A stretch of 64,000 nt of DNA from an uncultured Acidobacteriota bacterium. GTDB lineage: Bacteria; Acidobacteriota; UBA6911; RPQK01; JAPXNP01. Numbering within the stretch: position 1 is the stretch's first letter; every line of letters begins with the position of its first letter. The stretch covers positions 1 through 64,000 of the forward strand of contig CAVZRV010000029.1 in assembly GCA_963777605.1 (NCBI GenBank). The letters are read 5' to 3'. Shown piece after piece: positions 38,249-49,073 of the stretch. The notes beneath the pieces are model-generated. The model did no database searches, was not told the origin of the DNA, and saw only the letters and a list, made by a program, of their open reading frames with translations. The translations under genes and the position numbers were made by a program.

Positions 38249-38682
38249 TGGAAGGCACTCCTCCTCCCCCTGCCTACCAGCAGGGGGTTACGCCGACCAG
38301 GAGATGGCCGGTCTGTTCGAATACCGAGGCGGGCAACGAGGTCCGGTACACAAGAAAGGCGGCCAAAGTCATGAGCTGAGAAGTCCCTGGCCAGTTGATT
38401 GCCGCCTCTTTCTTTGTAATCCAAGGGCAGTTCCCGTGTCAGTTCGGCATTGCTCACACGCTTGGTCTGAATTGCTCATCGCTTTTGACGGTTGAGTCTC
38501 AGCTGGGACGTTTTCGGGCGCGGAAGTTGATTCCGAATCAACTCATCCGAGGTCTGATCTCGGTCGCTGATCTCGGCCGGCGACCCTGCCCGGGGGAGTT
38601 CCCAGACAGTCTTGACTTTGAGTGCCATCCGGAAACGGCGGTCGTTGAGTCGAGAGAATGTTTCCCTTTACCTAAGTTTAGA

Positions 38683-38698
38683 TTTAGATTACTCTAAA
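38683..38698 (+). promoter_or_regulatory. DtxR/MntR-type operator
   Basis: TTTAG-ATTACT-CTAAA inverted repeat in an AT-rich patch immediately before the DtxR-family start codon. Confidence 0.7.
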
Positions 38699-38701
38699 AA
38701 T

Positions 38702-39379
38702 ATGAGCATCAGCGGAGTCGCGGAAGACTACCTGAAGGCTGTACTGAAGATCGAGGAGAGCGATCGGAAGGCGAGCACTTCGGGGGTCGCACGGGAACTG
38801 AATCTTGCGGACGCGACAGTGACCGACATGCTGCGTAAGCTTCAACGGGCCGGACTCGTGGAGTACAAGCGATATCACGGCGCCACCCTTACCAAGCAGG
38901 GGCGGGCGGCCGCCCTGGGGGTCCGACGTCGTCACCGGCTTCTCGAGCTCTTCCTGCACGAAATCCTTGGGTACCGATGGGACGAAGTGCATGAGGAGGC
39001 TGAACGGCTCGAGCACGTCGTCTCCGACGTCTTCGTGGAGAAAATCGACGGACTCTTACGCCACCCCAAGCGGGATCCTCATGGAGAGCTGATCCCGGAT
39101 GCTAGCGGTTTCAGTCCAGAAGAGGATGATATCTGCCTCGTCGACGCGGAACCGGGTGATTTCCGGATTCAGAGAATCACGGACAATGAGCCCGATTTTC
39201 TCAGGTATTTGGGGGAACTTGCCCTTCGGCCGGGGGTTCGGTTGAAGCTCGTCGGAAGAGCGCCTTTTGGGGGGCCATTGACGCTCCTGGTCGGGGGAGA
39301 GAATGCCAGCGTTCACGTTGGCCCCGAGGCAGCAGCGAGGGTGTTTGTGGTGCGCACAGGGGGCGGAAGAATCGCATGA
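38702..39379 (+). CDS. DtxR/MntR-family metal-dependent repressor with FeoA-like C-terminal domain
   Basis: EDYLKAV, ATVTDMLRKL, RRHRLLELFL, VHEEAERLEH and DPHGELIP. Confidence 0.93.
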   Translation: MSISGVAEDYLKAVLKIEESDRKASTSGVARELNLADATVTDMLRKLQRAGLVEYKRYHGATLTKQGRAAALGVRRRHRLLELFLHEILGYRWDEVHEEAERLEHVVSDVFVEKIDGLLRHPKRDPHGELIPDASGFSPEEDDICLVDAEPGDFRIQRITDNEPDFLRYLGELALRPGVRLKLVGRAPFGGPLTLLVGGENASVHVGPEAAARVFVVRTGGGRIA

Positions 39380-39424
39380 AGACGGGCTGTAACCTGAGAT
39401 TTGCAGGGATTCGGGAAGGGCAAT

Positions 39425-40444
39425 ATGAGTTTGTCGATTGTGCTACTGGCAGCGGCTCTCGCCGCGATTACCGGCCTTCTCTGTGTGGAGGATGAACGCG
39501 GATCCTGTCGACTGCTTCGGGATGTCCGCCTTCGCAAACGGCGCGAAGCCGCCGAGGATGCTCTCAAGTGTCTGCACGATCTCGAATACGAAGGAGAAGT
39601 CATCACGGCAGAGCGACTGGGAGAACGGCTGGGTTCGGGGCCTGAAGCAGCGGACTCAATTCTGGAAGGGCTTCAGTCAAGGGGCTGGTGAACCGCAACG
39701 GCGCCTGGCGATTGACGGAGCCGGGACGGGACTATGCGACGCAGGTCGTGCGGGCGCACCGGTTGTGGGAAACCTATCTTGCCGAGGAGACGGGTCTCGA
39801 TGAATCACAATGGCATGCACGAGCGCACCGTCGCGAACACGAGTTGTCGAGATCGGAAATCGACGAATTGGCGGCAAGAATCGGAAATCCAACCCACGAT
39901 CCTCATGGCGACCCGATCCCCACGTCAGAGGGGGATCTGCCGGCCCGTGCCGGTTGCCTCTTTCTGCCCTGGCCCCCGGAACACCCGCCCGGATCACCCA
40001 CATCGAAGACGAGCCCGCCAATGTATACGAGCAGATTCGAGCCGAGGGTCTCTACCCCGGAATGGAATTGCACGGACGTGGAAAAGGAAGGTTCCTTGAT
40101 CCGGTTTGCCAGTGGAGGCACGCGGTATCCGCCTGGAGATCTTGATGGCGGAGAGCGTCACGGTGGTCCCGCTGGATAGGCCGCCTCGGGTTTTCGACTG
40201 CCTTTTGTCCGATCTCAAAACGGGCCAGGAGGCCGTTGTCGTGTCGATCTCAAAGGCCTGCCGGACCTCCCTGCGCCGCCGATTGATGGACCTTGGGATA
40301 CTGCCTGGAACGGTGATCCGAGCGGAACTTCGGGGTCCCGCCGGAGATCCCGTGGCGTACCGGGTCCGAGGTGCGCTGATCGGACTGCGGGGCGAACAGG
40401 CGAAGTACATTCACATTAATCAACCCGAGGAGGTATCACCGTGA
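39425..40444 (+). CDS. Membrane-anchored DtxR-like protein with two FeoA domains (frameshifted)
   Basis: N-terminal hydrophobic helix; EDALKCL; [10 protein letters not shown]; HRREH; [10 protein letters not shown]; FeoA motif [27 protein letters not shown]. Confidence 0.8.
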
Positions 40445-41280
40445 GTGATACGAGGTCGAATCACGCCTGTGCCATTTGCCCGGCCCATAAGATCACGAAT
40501 CTCCAGAAATTGGGAGTCGACATGAGTCGGTTCGACTACGTGGTGGCGCTGGCGGGAAACCCGAACACCGGCAAGAGCACCGTTTTCAATGCGCTGACCG
40601 GTTTGCGCCAGCACACCGGCAACTGGCCGGGTAAGACGGTCAGCCGGGCCGAAGGGGCGTTTTCCTGCGAGGGGAAACGTTACAAGCTGGTAGATCTTCC
40701 AGGAACGTATTCGCTCCTTTCGGCCAGTCAGGATGAAGAGATTGCCCGAAACTTCCTGCTTTTCGGCCAACCCGATGTCACCCTGATCGTGGTGGACTCG
40801 ACCCGACTGGAACGCAACCTCAACCTCGTCCTCCAGGTGCTCGAGGTCACCACCCGTGCGGTGGTCTGCCTGAATCTGATGGACGAAGCTCGACGCCACC
40901 GCCTTCAGGTGGACGAGCGGTCACTTGCCAGAGACTTGGGCGTGCCGGTCGTACCGATGGCGGCGCGAAGCGGCGAAGGCATCTCGGAGTTGCTGGGAAC
41001 GATCCACGGCGTGGTGTCGGGGACGATTGCCTGCCGACCGCACCGGCTCAAGAACGACGCCCCGAAACTTCGGGAAGCTGTTGCCCAACTGGTGGAGCAG
41101 ATTGAACAGGAGTTTCCGAATCTGCCCAATTCAAGATGGATTGCCCTCCGCCTCCTGGAAGGAGACGAGCGCATCATCGAGGCTGTTCGAACCGGCGAAC
41201 TGCGGGAGCTTGGAGCGGTTGTTGCTGATCCCCCTCCATCCGATCCATCTCCGGAAAGGATGGTGGAAAGAAGCCTATGA
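40441..41280 (+). CDS. feoB: FeoB GTPase (cytoplasmic) subunit of a split FeoB
   Basis: G1 GNPNTGKS, G2 [10 protein letters not shown]3 DLPG, G4 NLMD, and LERNLNL. Confidence 0.92.
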   Translation: MSDTRSNHACAICPAHKITNLQKLGVDMSRFDYVVALAGNPNTGKSTVFNALTGLRQHTGNWPGKTVSRAEGAFSCEGKRYKLVDLPGTYSLLSASQDEEIARNFLLFGQPDVTLIVVDSTRLERNLNLVLQVLEVTTRAVVCLNLMDEARRHRLQVDERSLARDLGVPVVPMAARSGEGISELLGTIHGVVSGTIACRPHRLKNDAPKLREAVAQLVEQIEQEFPNLPNSRWIALRLLEGDERIIEAVRTGELRELGAVVADPPPSDPSPERMVERSL

Positions 41281-42701
41281 AACCCGTCACAAACCGCGAT
41301 TCCATTCTGTCTTCGGCGACAGCCCTTCGGTGGGAAGTGGGCCCCGACTTCCATGACGCGCTGATGGAAGCCCTGTACAAGGATGCTGCTCGTATCGCCG
41401 ACCGGGCGGTCGAGCGAGAAGGTGAGTCCCGACGAGTCGACTGGGATCAGGCCATCGATCGACTTGTGACGAGCCGCTGGGCCGGCTTCCCGATTATGCT
41501 GCTCATGCTGACCGGGGTAATGTGGCTGACCATCACCGGGGCAAACGTCCCTTCGCAGATGATCTACAATTTGCTGATCGGCATCATCTACCCGGCGCTG
41601 AAGGCTGCCGCTGTCGCGGCCGGTCTGCCGGCGTGGCTCATCGGAGTTTCCATCGACGGCATGTACATGTCCATGGCCTGGGTTGTCAGTGTGATGCTCC
41701 CTCCGATGGCGATTTTCTTTCCGCTCTTCACCCTTCTCGAAGACTTTGGCTATCTTCCTCGTGTGGCCTTCAACCTCGACCGCCTTTTCAAAGGCGTCGG
41801 GGCGCACGGCAAGCAGGCCCTCACGATGAGTATGGGCTACGGATGCAACGCGGCCGGAGTCGTAGCGGCCCGCATCATCGACAGCCCCAGGGAGAGGCTG
41901 ATTGCCATCATCACGAACAATTTCGCCATCTGCAACGGGAGGTGGCCAACCCAGATCCTGATCGCGAGTATCTTCATCGGCAGCCTGGTTTCCACGAGAT
42001 GGGCCGGACTGGTCTCCGCAGGGGCGGTCATGATGATCGTGCTACTGGGGATCCTGGCGACCTTCGGTGTTTCCTGGGCGCTGTCCAGAACCGTGTTGAA
42101 AGGAGAGGTTTCAACCTTCAGCCTGGAACTTCCACCCTATCGACCTCCCCGCATTCTCCAGACGATCTACACTTCCCTGATTGACCGCACCCTCATCGTT
42201 CTTTGGCGAGCAGTGGTATTTGCTCTTCCGGCTGGTGCCGTGATCTGGGTAGTGGCCAACGTTCGGATCGGGGAAGCCTCTCTGGCCAGCCACATTGTCC
42301 AGGCGCTAGACCCTTTCGGCCTGCTGATTGGACTCAACGGAGTGATTCTCCTCGCCTATGTGATTGCCATACCCGCCAATGAAATTGTTATCCCGACCGT
42401 GTTGATGCTGACCGCACTGACCGCCCGTCTGGCCGGGGTGGGCGAAGGGGCGGGAGTCCTTTTCGAACTCGACTCGGTCTCTGCGACGGCCGGAGTGCTC
42501 CGGGCGGGCGGTTGGACCGTTTTGACTGGGATCAACTTGATGCTCTTCAGCCTCCTCCACAACCCTTGCTCAACCACCGTCTACACGATTTACAGGGAGA
42601 CCCAAAGCTGGAAGTGGACCGCCCTGGCCTCGTTGCTCCCGGTTGGATTGGGAATTGGGGTGTGCTTTCTGGTGGCCCGGCTGTGGAGTCTGTTCTCGTG
42701 A
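41277..42701 (+). CDS. feoB: FeoB membrane (gate) subunit of a split FeoB
   Basis: [31 protein letters not shown] and LLHNPC; ATGA overlap with the GTPase gene. Confidence 0.92.
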   Translation: MKPVTNRDSILSSATALRWEVGPDFHDALMEALYKDAARIADRAVEREGESRRVDWDQAIDRLVTSRWAGFPIMLLMLTGVMWLTITGANVPSQMIYNLLIGIIYPALKAAAVAAGLPAWLIGVSIDGMYMSMAWVVSVMLPPMAIFFPLFTLLEDFGYLPRVAFNLDRLFKGVGAHGKQALTMSMGYGCNAAGVVAARIIDSPRERLIAIITNNFAICNGRWPTQILIASIFIGSLVSTRWAGLVSAGAVMMIVLLGILATFGVSWALSRTVLKGEVSTFSLELPPYRPPRILQTIYTSLIDRTLIVLWRAVVFALPAGAVIWVVANVRIGEASLASHIVQALDPFGLLIGLNGVILLAYVIAIPANEIVIPTVLMLTALTARLAGVGEGAGVLFELDSVSATAGVLRAGGWTVLTGINLMLFSLLHNPCSTTVYTIYRETQSWKWTALASLLPVGLGIGVCFLVARLWSLFS

Positions 42702-43708
42702 AAGAGAGCCCGCGTCGACTGATGGTGGTCGTGTTCATATTTTTCCTGGGAGCAGGACCGCGTTTTTCCATCGCAGGGGACTCGCGGATTGCTGGCTCCG
42801 CCGTTTCCGGCAACCCCGATTCCGGCTGCGCTGAAGGGACTCGGACGACTCCGGGAGGATCATCCCGGGCGGGCGCTGAGCCGGAAGTCCTGCCGTGCGA
42901 TGACACCGATGGGCAGGGCCGGGCAACTCCGACAAAGCACCGCTACAGCCTCTTGAACCCGACACCGCGTGACAGGATGCGGCCGATGTTTACTGATCGG
43001 CCCGACCAAACCGAGTCTCCGTACACAGTGGATGCGGGGCACTTCCAACTGGAGATGGATTTCATCAATGCAGTGTTCACTCGCCATGCGTCGTCGAGAA
43101 CAGAGGACCGCAGCATTGCGCCTGTAAATCTCAAGCTCGGGCTCTGGAACAATGTGGATATCCAGTTCGTGCTCGATACCTACTCCTACTCCCGGATCAC
43201 TGACCGTGGCGCGGGTAGTGTGAACACCGCGTCCGGTTTCGGGGATGTGGCGACCCGCGTCAAGATCAACTTCTGGGGAAACGACGGCGGGAGGACCGCA
43301 TTTGGGATGATGCCCTTCGTCAAATGGCCGTTACCCGTGTCAGACCTGCGCAACGGAAGGACCGAAGGCGGCATCATCTTTCCTTTGGCCGTAGAACTGG
43401 CAGAGGGGTGGGACCTGGGTGCCCAGACGGCGATCGGCCTGGTGCGAAGCCCCGGCAACGATGGTTACGACAAAGCGTTCATAAACTCGCTGACTGTCGG
43501 GCATGCCCTGACCGATGGGTTCGGGATGTATGTCGAGTTCTTCACAGTGACCGGCTCCCAACTGGAGTTTGACTGGCAGGGACAGGTGGATGTCGGCGGA
43601 ACCTATGCTTTGGGAGAGAACCTCCAGCTTGATGCCGGCTGCAATTTTGGGGTCACGGATTCCGCGCCGGACTTCAATCCTTTCGCGGGCCTTTCCTGGC
43701 GCTTCTGA
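42698..43708 (+). CDS. Outer-membrane beta-barrel 'transporter' (MetA-pathway/COG4313-like)
   Basis: [26 protein letters not shown], alternating beta-strand pattern and C-terminal SWRF. Confidence 0.75.
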   Translation: MKESPRRLMVVVFIFFLGAGPRFSIAGDSRIAGSAVSGNPDSGCAEGTRTTPGGSSRAGAEPEVLPCDDTDGQGRATPTKHRYSLLNPTPRDRMRPMFTDRPDQTESPYTVDAGHFQLEMDFINAVFTRHASSRTEDRSIAPVNLKLGLWNNVDIQFVLDTYSYSRITDRGAGSVNTASGFGDVATRVKINFWGNDGGRTAFGMMPFVKWPLPVSDLRNGRTEGGIIFPLAVELAEGWDLGAQTAIGLVRSPGNDGYDKAFINSLTVGHALTDGFGMYVEFFTVTGSQLEFDWQGQVDVGGTYALGENLQLDAGCNFGVTDSAPDFNPFAGLSWRF

Positions 43709-43999
43709 ACCTCCATTTTGGATAAATTGGAGAACCTGGAGCGCAAAACGACGCCAAGAAATTGAAAGCCACTACCGTTGACTGTAATTCAGCGACTAGT
43801 GCCCAGAAAATCGACTACACACCCCTTCCTTGACTGTCTTCCTCCATGGGCGTACAAAGGTTACAAGCTCTCTAAAGTAAGACCTTTCTATTAACTTAAG
43901 TCAACCCCCGAAGCGGCACAGGTCTCCGCTTGAGTCGCCGGCTGTTTGAGAACGACAGCCGACAGAAGGGGTGTGGTTCACTCCACAAAGGAGGATGGC

Positions 44000-44734
44000 A
44001 TGGCGACGGTGACCGAGATCGCACCCGATTTATACCGAATTTCAGTCTACGCTGCTTGGGCGAACCTTCAGTTCAATCACTTTCTCGTCAAAGATGACGA
44101 ACCCCTGCTCTTTCACACGGGGCTGCGCGGGATGTTTCAGGAAATCCGTGAAGCTGTCTCGACGGTGATCAAGCCGTCTGAACTGCGCGCGATCAGTTTC
44201 AGCCACTTCGAATCGGACGAATGCGGGGCACTGAATGAATGGCTTACGGTTGCTCCCGATGCCGAGGTGGTCTGTAGTGATCTGGGCGCCCTGGTGAGCG
44301 TCAACGACTTCATCGGCCGTCCCGCACGCGGGCTGGAAGACGGAGGAACCTTTTCCACCGGCAAGTATCGGTACCGCTTCTGTCGAACGCCGCATTTGCC
44401 GCACGGATGGGATGCCGGCGTTTTGTTCGAAGAGACGCAGAAGACGCTGCTCTGCTCGGACCTGTTCCACCAGGTAGGAGACCTGGAGCCGCTTACTGAA
44501 TCGGATGTAGTTGGACGATCCTACCAGTCAATGAAAGAGTACCAGGCGGGAATCCTGGCGGACTACATACCCCACACTCCGCTCACTTCACGAAACCTCA
44601 AGAAGTTGGCCGACCTCAAGCCCGAATTGCTCGCCGTTATGCACGGTTCGAGTTTCAGAGGGAACTGCCAGCAAGCCTTGCAGGACTTGGACCTGGCGAT
44701 CCGGGAAGTATTTGGTTCCGAGGAAATCGAGTAA
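44000..44734 (+). CDS. MBL-fold, FprA/ODP-like di-iron protein lacking a flavodoxin domain
   Basis: [22 protein letters not shown] and MHGS; AAGGAGG SD. Confidence 0.8.
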   Translation: MATVTEIAPDLYRISVYAAWANLQFNHFLVKDDEPLLFHTGLRGMFQEIREAVSTVIKPSELRAISFSHFESDECGALNEWLTVAPDAEVVCSDLGALVSVNDFIGRPARGLEDGGTFSTGKYRYRFCRTPHLPHGWDAGVLFEETQKTLLCSDLFHQVGDLEPLTESDVVGRSYQSMKEYQAGILADYIPHTPLTSRNLKKLADLKPELLAVMHGSSFRGNCQQALQDLDLAIREVFGSEEIE

Positions 44735-44764
44735 TGATCGTAGTGCGGTGGGCTTGCCACCGTA

Positions 44765-44948
44765 TGTACCCAGCCTGGTGAACCAGGACGATATCAAGTT
44801 GCTCAAAGACGCCGGCTGGAACCAACGTGAAATCTGGGAGATCTCCGCCCTGGCCTCATTCTTTAACTTTAGCGGGCGGCTGGAGGCAGCGTCTGGGCTG
44901 CCTCCAGACGAAATCCCGGAAGGTGCCAAGTTCGCCGAGGCCGGGTAG
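44765..44948 (+). pseudogene. C-terminal fragment of an AhpD/CMD peroxidase-like protein
   Basis: PSLVNQDDIKLLKDAGWNQREIWEISALASFFNFSGRL resembles AhpD-like C-termini. No start codon or CxxC-containing N-terminus is present upstream. Confidence 0.6.
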
Positions 44949-45022
44949 ACGTAGGACCTCCCCGAAGCCGCTGTGATGTTCGCAGTTGTCCTGTTCGTCC
45001 AGATGACAGCGCCTGGACGGGC

Positions 45023-46690
45023 TCAGGGGACCTCGGGGCGGGTCCCGGTCGGGATCGCCAGCAGGCTACCGTCGGCCAACTTCTGAATCAGTGCCGTCAC
45101 GGCCACCAGCCGATCGTCGGAGGTCAAAATGCTCAAGGTTCCACGAAATGATTCAACTCCGGCCAGGAAGTCCCCGAACAGGGAGGCGTCCGTGACATAG
45201 ACGGCCCTCTGTTCTCGAGGAGCCAACTCAATCGAACGGGTGCCTTGAAGGGTCCCCTCGTGATCGAACAATGCGAAGTTGAGCGTTACAAGCTGGTCGG
45301 CGTCGGGGTTGCTGATGGCAACACCGGTATTTTCCGCCGAGTCTACCGAAACATAGACCTGGTGACGGCTTTCCAATGCGGCGGCCGGTACCGAGACCAT
45401 ACTGCCGAGGACATCGAAGACTTCGGCTCCCTCCAGTTGACCCCAGGCGGCCAGACTGGAAGTCACCTCGACGGGACCCGAAAGCAGCTCTCCCTGGCCG
45501 TCGGTCACGATGTCGAGAGTCCCCCAGGGCGCGATCGTAAAGGGATGGCTTTCACTCGTAGAGCCCCCGATCGAAACAGCATGGGGGGTACCGGCAGTGT
45601 CCCGAAACGTGACGCTCCCTTCCTGGGCCTGCGAGCCTGCGTTGCGGAGTATGACGCGGGTACGGTTTCGGACCGCACCGGTTTGTCCGGAGACGTACTG
45701 GGGAAAGATGAGGGCCGGCGGAGTCGTCAGAACCAGGATCCGTTCCTTTTGTGTCAAATAAACAAAGTCGTCCCGGACAGCGGTCCCGTGAGGCAAACCG
45801 TCATGCTGCGATCCTCCGGCGCTGAAAGCCAGGACCTGCTCGAGCCTGCGGTTGGCAACGCGGAAAACCCGGCCGTTGGTCAGGAGGTAGCCGCAGACAG
45901 CCTTCGCTGCCCGCGCGGAGGCGACCTGGCCGTCGACTTCCGTGGGGAGCGTGGGGTCAGCGAGTTCGTAAAGCCGAATATGGCTGGTTTCGAACGCGAT
46001 TAACTGGCCGTCGATGACCGCAAGATGATAGGCGACATCCTCCGAGTCGATCAGCCGGGTGGTCGTCAATTCGGAAGGGTCGGAGGCATCGATGACCCTG
46101 ATTCGGGAGCTTTGAGAGGCTGAGATATATTCTGAGACATAAACCGCCTCGCCGCCGCCGGCAACGGAGAATCCGGTCCAACCTTCCAGGGTAATGCTGT
46201 CGAGCAGCTCGGGCTGAGACGAATCGGCAAGTGAAAAGAGGGCGAACATGTCGTTGCCGGCGATGTAAAGCAGCATTCCGTCCGAGACTGCGTTGCGGAT
46301 CCTACCGGGTGTTGAAACGGTCCGCAGGAAGACGGGGTTGCCCGCCTCGCTGATGTCGTAGACTGAGATGCCGTATTCAAGGACGTAAAGGAAGTCCCCA
46401 TTGCGGAGCAGGGTAGACCCGCCCGCTTCCTCGATACAACCAACCGGCTCGTCGATGCTCGCAAACGCCCCTTCCCTGGAAAGCCCCTGCAGGTCAAAAA
46501 CGAAGAGGGTCCTCCAGCTGGTTGCGCCGTAGACGTAGCCGTCCTTTTCTTCCACGCTGCGAAAGCTCGCCTCGTCAGGAAGGTTGATTTCGGCGCGCGG
46601 ATCGAACTGACCCTGAAGCCAGGAAGTCGTCATCAGGATGACCATCGTGGCCGGACCACCCAACATTCGGAACAATTGACGGTTCTGCAT
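45023..46690 (-). CDS. Secreted LVIVD-repeat beta-propeller protein with C-terminal Ig-like domains
   Basis: Repeats ISVYDISEAGNP, IRVIDASDPSE and LYELADPTLP; C-terminal LIFPQY..RTRVILRN and NTGVAISNP modules. Confidence 0.72.
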   Translation of the reverse strand: MQNRQLFRMLGGPATMVILMTTSWLQGQFDPRAEINLPDEASFRSVEEKDGYVYGATSWRTLFVFDLQGLSREGAFASIDEPVGCIEEAGGSTLLRNGDFLYVLEYGISVYDISEAGNPVFLRTVSTPGRIRNAVSDGMLLYIAGNDMFALFSLADSSQPELLDSITLEGWTGFSVAGGGEAVYVSEYISASQSSRIRVIDASDPSELTTTRLIDSEDVAYHLAVIDGQLIAFETSHIRLYELADPTLPTEVDGQVASARAAKAVCGYLLTNGRVFRVANRRLEQVLAFSAGGSQHDGLPHGTAVRDDFVYLTQKERILVLTTPPALIFPQYVSGQTGAVRNRTRVILRNAGSQAQEGSVTFRDTAGTPHAVSIGGSTSESHPFTIAPWGTLDIVTDGQGELLSGPVEVTSSLAAWGQLEGAEVFDVLGSMVSVPAAALESRHQVYVSVDSAENTGVAISNPDADQLVTLNFALFDHEGTLQGTRSIELAPREQRAVYVTDASLFGDFLAGVESFRGTLSILTSDDRLVAVTALIQKLADGSLLAIPTGTRPEVP

Positions 46691-46836
46691 TTCGGGAACT
46701 CTCCCTTCCCCGGGGCCCTGCCCCGAGCATGAAATGGGCTGTTCCCGTGATTCTCTCTCAAGTTGCTTAATCTGTAAACAGTTGGGACGCCAAAGTGTTT
46801 GCCCGGTGGAGAATTCCGGCCACGCCCTCCCCACCC

Positions 46837-47307
46837 TTAGTCAACTTGCTCCATCCGGTGTCTGGCTGCCTGGGTCAAGCGTTCGAGAATTGCAACCAGT
46901 TGGGAAACAACATTCAATGGGACTTTGGCAAGAATTAACGCGTACTCCGACTTGAGCACCCCGACCATCTGGTCGTGTTTGGAACGGCCGGCAGGTGTCA
47001 GGTGAATCATCGACGCCCGGTGATTCTGCGGGTCAGGCCGCCGCTTGACCAGTCCCGATTCCTCCAATGAATCGACCAGGCGGCTGACGGTGCTCTTGTT
47101 GAGGTGCAGTTCCTCTCCAATCCGGGTGATCCAGCTGGGTCCGAGACGGGCAACTGCATCGAGCACATAAGCCTGCGAGGCCGTGATCCCGCTCATCCGG
47201 ATCTGATTTCGATCTCGAAACTGATACAGGCGCAGGAGGGCTGTCAGAGAGGAGTAGAAGCCATCGATCGGATCGTGGTCAACCGGTTGCCGCGAGTCGA
47301 TCTCCAT
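46837..47307 (-). CDS. MarR-family transcriptional regulator
   Basis: GITASQAYVL, LNKSTVSRLVDSLEESGLVKR..D..RASMIHLTPAG. Confidence 0.9.
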   Translation of the reverse strand: MEIDSRQPVDHDPIDGFYSSLTALLRLYQFRDRNQIRMSGITASQAYVLDAVARLGPSWITRIGEELHLNKSTVSRLVDSLEESGLVKRRPDPQNHRASMIHLTPAGRSKHDQMVGVLKSEYALILAKVPLNVVSQLVAILERLTQAARHRMEQVD

Positions 47308-47320
47308 AATCCGCAATATA

Positions 47321-47341
47321 TCAGTTGCCTCTTGCAACTGA
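47321..47341. promoter_or_regulatory. Putative MarR operator
   Basis: Perfect inverted repeat TCAGTTGC-N5-GCAACTGA between divergent marR and GNAT genes. Confidence 0.7.
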
Positions 47342-47404
47342 AACGTTTGCCGGTTAGAGTAATTGCATCGTCAGTTGCATTCTGAAACTGAGAATTGAGC
47401 GGGT

Positions 47405-47944
47405 ATGGAGCCGAACGTGAAATCGGGGCTCGCAAGTGAAAACGTGCACGTCCGCAGTCACTGGATGCCGGGTGATTTCGGTCAGATCGTTCTTGCTCAC
47501 GCCCAAATCGTTGGATCGGAATGCGGGTTCGATGAGAGCTTCGAGCGCTACGTGGCAAGGGGCCTGCTTGAATTCGCAGAAGATCCGAATCGGGGCAACC
47601 GCTTCTGGCTGGTCGTCCAGGACAACCTTGTCAAAGGCTCGATCTTCCTTCACGTTCGCACTCCGGTTCTTGGTCAGATTCGCTGGTTCTGGCTTCACCC
47701 GCAGCTTCGGGGGCTCGGACTCGGGCGCCGCTTGCTTCACTTGCTGGTTGAAGAGTCGGGCCACCAGGATCTGGCCGGACTCTACCTCTGGACGGTTTCC
47801 GGGCTGGCGGCTTCGGCTCACCTGTATCGGGAGGCAGGGTTTCGTATTACCCACACGGAGCCAAGGAACCTTTGGGGGCGCGATGTGATTGAAGAGAAAC
47901 TCGAACTGAATTTTGGCGTGAAAGAAGAGAATGAGGTGGAATAG
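47405..47944 (+). CDS. GNAT-family N-acetyltransferase
   Basis: IRWFWLHPQLRGLGLGRRLL and LWT...AHLYREAGF. Confidence 0.88.
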   Translation: MEPNVKSGLASENVHVRSHWMPGDFGQIVLAHAQIVGSECGFDESFERYVARGLLEFAEDPNRGNRFWLVVQDNLVKGSIFLHVRTPVLGQIRWFWLHPQLRGLGLGRRLLHLLVEESGHQDLAGLYLWTVSGLAASAHLYREAGFRITHTEPRNLWGRDVIEEKLELNFGVKEENEVE

Positions 47945-48821
47945 CGGAACCCGGCTGATTGTCCTCCTGATCGGCCTCCTGGGCGGGTACAGTCTCCAGG
48001 CCGGCGTGAGCGGGGAACTCCAGATTGTGCCTTTTCACAGTTCCGTCTTTCACAACCAGCGGATGCTGCGGATATGGCTTCCTCCGGCTACCCGACCGAG
48101 GCGGAAGCCGGCCACTCGTACCCGGTCCTCTACCTGAACGACGGCCAGAACCTGTTCGATGCAGCCACTTCGATCTTCAGCGATAACGAATGGCAGGTCG
48201 GACGAGACCATGGCGGCATTGATCCGGGAAGGAAAGATTCCGCCCGCGATTGTCGTCGGCATCGACAATGCCGGCAAGCGAATGCGCCCGAACGAGTACC
48301 TGCCCTGGGAAGACATCTACCTCCAGCCCCCGGTTCCGGAACCGCATGGAGAGCTTTACCCCACGTTCCTTCTTGACGAGGTCCTGCCATTTGTCGAAGG
48401 CCGGTACCGGGTCCGCAGCGACCCGGCGGGCCGCTTGCTGGGAGGGTCCTCTTACGGTGCGCTCATCGCGCTTTTCACCGTGTTGTCCAGCCCCGGCAAA
48501 TTCGGGATGGTGCTGCTTGAAAGCCCTTCCTTCTACGTTGACGACGCAAAGGTCCTGACCCTGAGCCGGCAGTCGAAGACGTGGCCCGCAGCGGTCTACC
48601 TGGGCGTGGGGACTCACGAGGGCCGCTCTTCCTGTGATGAAGCGGAGAACCGGGAGGCGGTCGATGACGTCCGCCGCCTGGAAGGGATCATTCTCAAGAA
48701 CGCCCCTGGGACCCGGCTCAAGGTCGTTGTCGAAAAGTGCGGAATGCACAACGAGGAGGCCTATGGCCGCCGCCTCCCGGCCGCCCTTCGGTTTCTCCTG
48801 GGGCGAAGTCCTCAACCGTGA
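47931..48821 (+). CDS. Secreted alpha/beta hydrolase esterase (IroE/Fes-like; frameshifted)
   Basis: Signal peptide; IWLPP, YPVLYLNDGQNLF, IVVGIDN, GSSYG nucleophile and HNE. Confidence 0.85.
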
Positions 48822-48973
48822 TGTCGGCATCCGACGACGTCGGGTTGCAGAAGGCCTCGCCCGGTGCAGAGCGGATTCTGCACTGGCCGGCTGGCCGAAG
48901 GTGGACTCCTCCAGGCCCGAGTTCCTTATCCCCGGTAGGAAATTCCCCAACTGGGCGGTACAGGAATCTCCAA

Positions 48974-49001
48974 TAATTCTGTACGTGGCAGACGCCGATA
49001 T
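48974..49001 (+). promoter_or_regulatory. Putative sigma28 (FliA)-type promoter
   Basis: TAAT-N16-GCCGATAT versus the consensus TAAA-N15-GCCGATAA, about 70 nt upstream of the MCP gene. Confidence 0.5.
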
Positions 49002-49073
49002 TTTTACGTGTGTCATCGAGCCGGCCAGCTTCGGAGCCGACAACCAGCGTCTCAATGGGAAAAGGAGTAGAAA

